Shown here: one piece after another, positions 60,269-64,000 of the stretch
Numbering within the stretch: the first letter of the stretch is position 1
Layout of the letters: every line of letters starts with the position of its first letter
Source: an uncultured Chloroflexia bacterium
Lineage (GTDB): Bacteria > Chloroflexota > Limnocylindria > Limnocylindrales > CSP1-4
Direction of reading: 5' to 3'
DNA length: 64,000 nt
Assembly: GCA_963813535.1 (NCBI GenBank)
Contig: CAWEZH010000002.1
Location: forward strand, 1,888,001 to 1,952,000
Program-made: the position numbers and the translations under genes
The notes under the pieces: generated by a model
Database searches by the model: none
What the model saw: the letters and a program-made list of their open reading frames with translations, nothing else
What the model was told of the DNA's origin: nothing

Positions 60269-61009
60269 CTAGTTGACGACGAACCAGGCGACGTACGTCG
60301 CCGAGGTCACCGTCGTGTTGAGGTAGATCGTGAACGACCCGGTCGTCGGGACGACTGCCCGGACGTAGCGCCCGGAACGGTTCGAATGCAGGACCGCGAA
60401 GATGCGGCTGTTGCCCGACACGCCGGCCAGGTTGATCTTCAGGCTCGACTTGCCGGTGCCGATCGTGTTCTTACCGGAACGGCTGAACATGACCTTGCCG
60501 TCCACGCGAAGTGCTACGTCGGTGGCAGAGTCGCCGACGGCGTACACGCCGATGCCACCAGGATCGCCGATGCCGACGACGCCGGCACCACCGAGGCCGA
60601 GCACCCCGTAACTGCCGGTACCGACGACTCCCGAGTCCGGGCTGTCGCCCCAGACACCCGAGCCGAGGACATCCACGGGGTCCGCCTCGGACCAGCCGTA
60701 CACGCCGGTGAATGGTGTGTCCTCTGCGGCGAGCGTCTCATCGCCGGCCGAGCCGATCACCCCGGCAGCGTCGGCGCCGGTGTTGTGCCCGCGGAATGCG
60801 GCCTGTGCATCGTTGACGGGGTCCGCCGACGTGATGACAAGGCTTGTCTCGTTCGCTCCCGTGAACTCGTTGCCGACCGTCACGGTGTCGCCGTCGGCGG
60901 CGGCTGCGGTCAGGGGCAGGGCGGCCGAGGCGGCCATCGCGGCAGCGCCACCGGCGGCGGCGGCGAGCAAGGCACGGCGGGAGCGGGGCGCGGTCGGGTC
61001 GGACGCCAT
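60269..61009 (-). CDS. Tat-exported Gly-rich repeat (beta-helix-like) protein
   Basis: RSRRALL Tat signal with AAA/AD cleavage site; repeated GVIG/GVYG/GVWG/GVVG/GVLG units; SD AAGGAGG. Confidence 0.8.
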   Translation of the reverse strand: MASDPTAPRSRRALLAAAAGGAAAMAASAALPLTAAAADGDTVTVGNEFTGANETSLVITSADPVNDAQAAFRGHNTGADAAGVIGSAGDETLAAEDTPFTGVYGWSEADPVDVLGSGVWGDSPDSGVVGTGSYGVLGLGGAGVVGIGDPGGIGVYAVGDSATDVALRVDGKVMFSRSGKNTIGTGKSSLKINLAGVSGNSRIFAVLHSNRSGRYVRAVVPTTGSFTIYLNTTVTSATYVAWFVVN

Positions 61010-61123
61010 CAGGGTCCCCTCCTTGATGATGGCGAGGATCGGGCCCCCGCCTGCAGCGGCATTCTGCCATGCAGGGATGCGCCCGAACGTTACAGATCGC
61101 GCCGACGGCGGGATCGGATGGTC

Positions 61124-61561
61124 CTAGCCCAGGCCCGCCAGGTGCTCGTTGTCGTGGTCGACCGCGTTGCGCAGCACGCCGGCAACGTCGAGCGGGCCGA
61201 AGGTGGCGTGCTGACCCGATCTGGCCCAGCCCGCCTCTTCGAGAGCGTCAACCATGGCCAGCGTCGCGCCACGGAGTGAACTGAACCGTCGCAACACGCC
61301 GTCCAGGTCAAGGTCCGGCTCGCCCGACCAGGGACCGGGCTCGGTCCATGTCCAGCGCGGTGCATCGATCGTGGCGAGGTCGCGCAGTCGCGCCTGGTGG
61401 ACGTCGGTCTCGACCGCGACGAGGTGACGGACCACCTGCTCGGTCGTCCACTCGCCGGGCGGGTAAGGACGGGAGATCGCGCCTCGAACCGCCGCGGCCA
61501 CACGATCCGGGAAGTCGGCGAGCGATGCGAGCAGGTCGTCACGCGTCGGCGGTTCGCTCAT
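61124..61561 (-). CDS. DinB family protein
   Basis: GEWTTEQVVRHL...VDHDNEH His triad; ATGA-coupled to metF. Confidence 0.82.
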   Translation of the reverse strand: MSEPPTRDDLLASLADFPDRVAAAVRGAISRPYPPGEWTTEQVVRHLVAVETDVHQARLRDLATIDAPRWTWTEPGPWSGEPDLDLDGVLRRFSSLRGATLAMVDALEEAGWARSGQHATFGPLDVAGVLRNAVDHDNEHLAGLG

Positions 61562-62427
61562 CGCGACTCCAAGGTCTCCAGCTTGGCCTGGCGCCAGCGC
61601 TCGGTGACCTCGACCGCGTTGAACAGGTACAGGTGGAAGCTCGTGATGTCCGCCGCCGGGTCGGCGACCGTCGGGGCGATCCCCTCGAGCAGGGCATCCG
61701 GCCGGTAGAAGCCGCCGGAGCGGACGAGTCGCGCGACGAAGCGCACATTCTTCGCGAGGAATCGGTGCGTGTCAGCTACCCCGATCCGCGCCGCAAGCGC
61801 GAGCAGCTTCTGCGGTTCGGCGACACCGGGCACGCCGACGTGGACGGGCAACATCAGCCCCTCAGCGCGGCGCGCGGCGAGCCAGGTCGAGATGGCCGCC
61901 GGATCGAAGCAGAGCTGAGTCGTCATGTACTGCGCGAACTCGGCCTTGGCCCGGAGCGCGTCCAGCAACGGGCCGTCGGCGATGAACGAATGCCCCTGCG
62001 GGTACGCCGGGACGCCGACATGGCGGAACGGGTGGCCGATCTCGGCCAGCTCACGGAGCAGCGACAACCCGTCGACATATGCCCCGGGTTCCTTCTCGTC
62101 GCCACCGACCACGAACGCCCGATCGATGCCGGCGTCTTCGAGTGCTGCGACGAGCGACGTCAGGTGCGCACGGTCACGGACCATCCGTGCCGACAGGTGC
62201 GGGACGACCGTGAAGCCCGCCAGACGGAGCTGCGCCGCTAGTTCCACCGTGGCCTCGAGCCCTTTGGTCGGGGAGGCGGTCACCGACACCGTCGCTCCGG
62301 GTGGCAGGTACTCGGCCTGGTCCATGGCGTTCTTGAGCGGGATGAGCTCGAACGTCGGGGCGCGCAGCCGCGACCACAGGGCCTCGCGGGCGCTCGCTGA
62401 CAGGCGAGCATGGCGGCGGAACAGCAC
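61558..62427 (-). CDS. metF: Methylenetetrahydrofolate reductase
   Basis: SVTASP, VPHLSAR, FVVGGD, YPQGH, TTQLCFD, FHLYLFN. Confidence 0.85.
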   Translation of the reverse strand: MLFRRHARLSASAREALWSRLRAPTFELIPLKNAMDQAEYLPPGATVSVTASPTKGLEATVELAAQLRLAGFTVVPHLSARMVRDRAHLTSLVAALEDAGIDRAFVVGGDEKEPGAYVDGLSLLRELAEIGHPFRHVGVPAYPQGHSFIADGPLLDALRAKAEFAQYMTTQLCFDPAAISTWLAARRAEGLMLPVHVGVPGVAEPQKLLALAARIGVADTHRFLAKNVRFVARLVRSGGFYRPDALLEGIAPTVADPAADITSFHLYLFNAVEVTERWRQAKLETLESR

Positions 62428-62430
62428 AGC

Positions 62431-63972
62431 TCAGACCTCGGAGTCGGGCATCGACGCCTTGCGCCGGATCATGAACTCGAGCAGCTCCTCGTCGAGCGCC
62501 TGGTCGAGCGGCGGAGCCTCGTACTCCGCGAGCATCCGCTTCCAGATCGCGTTGGCGCGCTGCGCGGCGTCGAGCCCGCCATCCTCGCTCCACTGCTCGA
62601 ACGAGTTGTTGTCGGCCACCTCGGAGCGGTAGAACGCGGTCTCGAAATTGGCGAGCGTGTGGGCCGTGCCGAGGAAATGCTGCCCCGGCGGGTTCGCCCG
62701 GATCGCGTCGAGAGCCTGGCCGTTCTCGGACATGTCGACGCCCTTCACGAAGACGGCCATCATCCCGCACTGGTCGGCGTCGAGGATGAACTTCTCGTAC
62801 CCGACGGTCAGCCCGCCCTCGAGCCAGCCGGCGGCATGGAGCACGAAGTTCACGCCGCCGAGCACGGTCGGCTGGAGCGTGGCCGCACTCTCGTAGGCGG
62901 CCTGCGCGTCGGGGATCTTGGAGGCGCACAGCGAACCGCCGGAGCGGAACGGCACGCCGAGCCGCCGAGCGAGCGAGGCCATCGTGTAGAGCACCAGTGC
63001 CGGTTCCGGCGTCCCGAACGTCGGCGCTCCCGATTGCATCGACATCGAGCTCGCGAAGCTGCCGAGGACGACCGGCGCGCCGGGCCGCACCAGCTGCACG
63101 AAGGTCATGCCGGCGAGCGCCTCGGCGAGGGTCTGGGCGGCGACGCCCGCGGCGGTCACCGGCGCCATCGCCCCGGCCAGGATGAACGGCGTCAGCAGGG
63201 TCGCCTGGTTGGCCTCGGCGTAGGCTCGCGCCGCGCCGAGCATCGTCGCGTCCCAGACCAGCGGCGAGTTGGCGTTGATCAGCGACAGGACGACCGCGTG
63301 GTCGTCGAGGTAGTCGGCGCCGAACAGGATCCGCGCCATGTCGACGGTGTCGCGCGCCCGCTCGGGCGCCGTGACGGAGCCCATGAACGGCTTGTCCGAG
63401 AAGCGCATGTGCGAATAGACCATGTCGAGGTGGCGCTTGTTGACCGGGACGTCGACCGGCTCGCAGACCGTCCCGCCGCTGTGATGGAGATGCGGCGAGA
63501 GATAGGTCAGCTTCACGAGGTTCCGGAAGTCCTCGATCGTGCCGTAGCGGCGGCCGCGGTCGAGGTCGCGCACGAACGGTGAGCCGTAGTTCGGCGCGAA
63601 GACCGTGTGCGCTCCACCGATCTCGACGCTGTTCGCCTCGTTGCGGGCGTACTGGGTGAACTGGCGTGGGGCGGTCGCCTGGACGATCGTGCGGCACATG
63701 CCACGCGGGAAGCGAACGAGCTCGCCGTCCACATCCGCGCCAGCATCGTGCAGCAACCGGACGGCCTCTGGATCGCCGCGGAACACGACGCCGACCTCCT
63801 CGAGGATGGTGTCGGCGTTGTGCTCGATGAGCGACAGGCCCTCCTCGTCGAGCACCTCGAAGGGCGCCAGCGTCCGCGTCAGGAACGGCGTCCGTTCGAG
63901 CTGCGCGTGGAGACGTGCCGCCCGCCGAGCGTCGCGGCCGCCACTGCGGCGCGTCGGCACCGGATCGCTCAT
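62431..63972 (-). CDS. mttB: Non-pyrrolysine trimethylamine methyltransferase family (MttB/MtgB-like)
   Basis: ILEEVG, FAPNYGSPFV, SGGTVCEPVD, SDKPFMG, INANSPL, TPFILAGAMAP, SGAPTFGTPE, HAAGWLEGG, HFLG; no in-frame TAG. Confidence 0.92.
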   Translation of the reverse strand: MSDPVPTRRSGGRDARRAARLHAQLERTPFLTRTLAPFEVLDEEGLSLIEHNADTILEEVGVVFRGDPEAVRLLHDAGADVDGELVRFPRGMCRTIVQATAPRQFTQYARNEANSVEIGGAHTVFAPNYGSPFVRDLDRGRRYGTIEDFRNLVKLTYLSPHLHHSGGTVCEPVDVPVNKRHLDMVYSHMRFSDKPFMGSVTAPERARDTVDMARILFGADYLDDHAVVLSLINANSPLVWDATMLGAARAYAEANQATLLTPFILAGAMAPVTAAGVAAQTLAEALAGMTFVQLVRPGAPVVLGSFASSMSMQSGAPTFGTPEPALVLYTMASLARRLGVPFRSGGSLCASKIPDAQAAYESAATLQPTVLGGVNFVLHAAGWLEGGLTVGYEKFILDADQCGMMAVFVKGVDMSENGQALDAIRANPPGQHFLGTAHTLANFETAFYRSEVADNNSFEQWSEDGGLDAAQRANAIWKRMLAEYEAPPLDQALDEELLEFMIRRKASMPDSEV

Positions 63973-64000
63973 CGCTCGTCACCGGGCACGGCCCGGAGGG

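Noticed and set aside
62431-63972. Pyrrolysine recoding in the MttB-family gene
   Set aside because: The ORF is continuous with no in-frame TAG, and no pyl genes are in the window.
63969-64000. 3' end of an upstream gene overlapping mttB (ATGA)
   Set aside because: Only about 10 codons are visible, too little to call a product.

Overview
High-GC (roughly 70% by eye) bacterial chromosomal DNA, densely coding, with about 65 genes. The gene content and the many leaderless TANNNT promoters suggest Chloroflexota (Limnocylindria-like) or an actinobacterium; this is inference only. In order: a MarR-controlled heterodimeric ABC exporter; Lon-N, GGDEF and IscA/ErpA genes; a phenylacetate (paa) cluster lacking paaE/K/Z; fumC; a PadR-Rieske-membrane protein-Tat flavoprotein operon; an amino acid permease + GlnA4-like gamma-glutamylation cluster interrupted by a 7xGAF hybrid kinase / REC-cyclase / Hpt phosphorelay; an HtrA-like protease; purE and a GrpB-PurK fusion divergent from a KamB/NpmA-like 16S rRNA methyltransferase with an early in-frame stop; a moeZ-cysO-cysM-mec cysteine operon; a split suf system (rrf2-sufC-sufS, with sufU 4 kb away); a two-component system + orphan Flp pilin; SAM-I riboswitch-metH-yitJ; and mttB-family/metF genes. 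Best candidates for new biology: (1) a sulfur regulon with a shared 25-bp Rrf2/IscR-type operator and a 14-aa Cys-containing leader peptide coupled to sufU upstream of moeZ-cysO-cysM; (2) the GrpB-PurK fusion sharing an overlapping bidirectional promoter with the resistance-type methyltransferase; (3) the PadR-Rieske-flavoprotein exported redox module; (4) a switch-like structured leader upstream of the permease; (5) the multi-GAF phosphorelay ending in a non-canonical class III cyclase. Three or four single-base lesions (near 921, 29152, 41757, possibly 51179) may be assembly errors. No tRNA, rRNA, CRISPR array, transposase or integrase was recognised. All family calls come from motif recognition by eye, not database searches.
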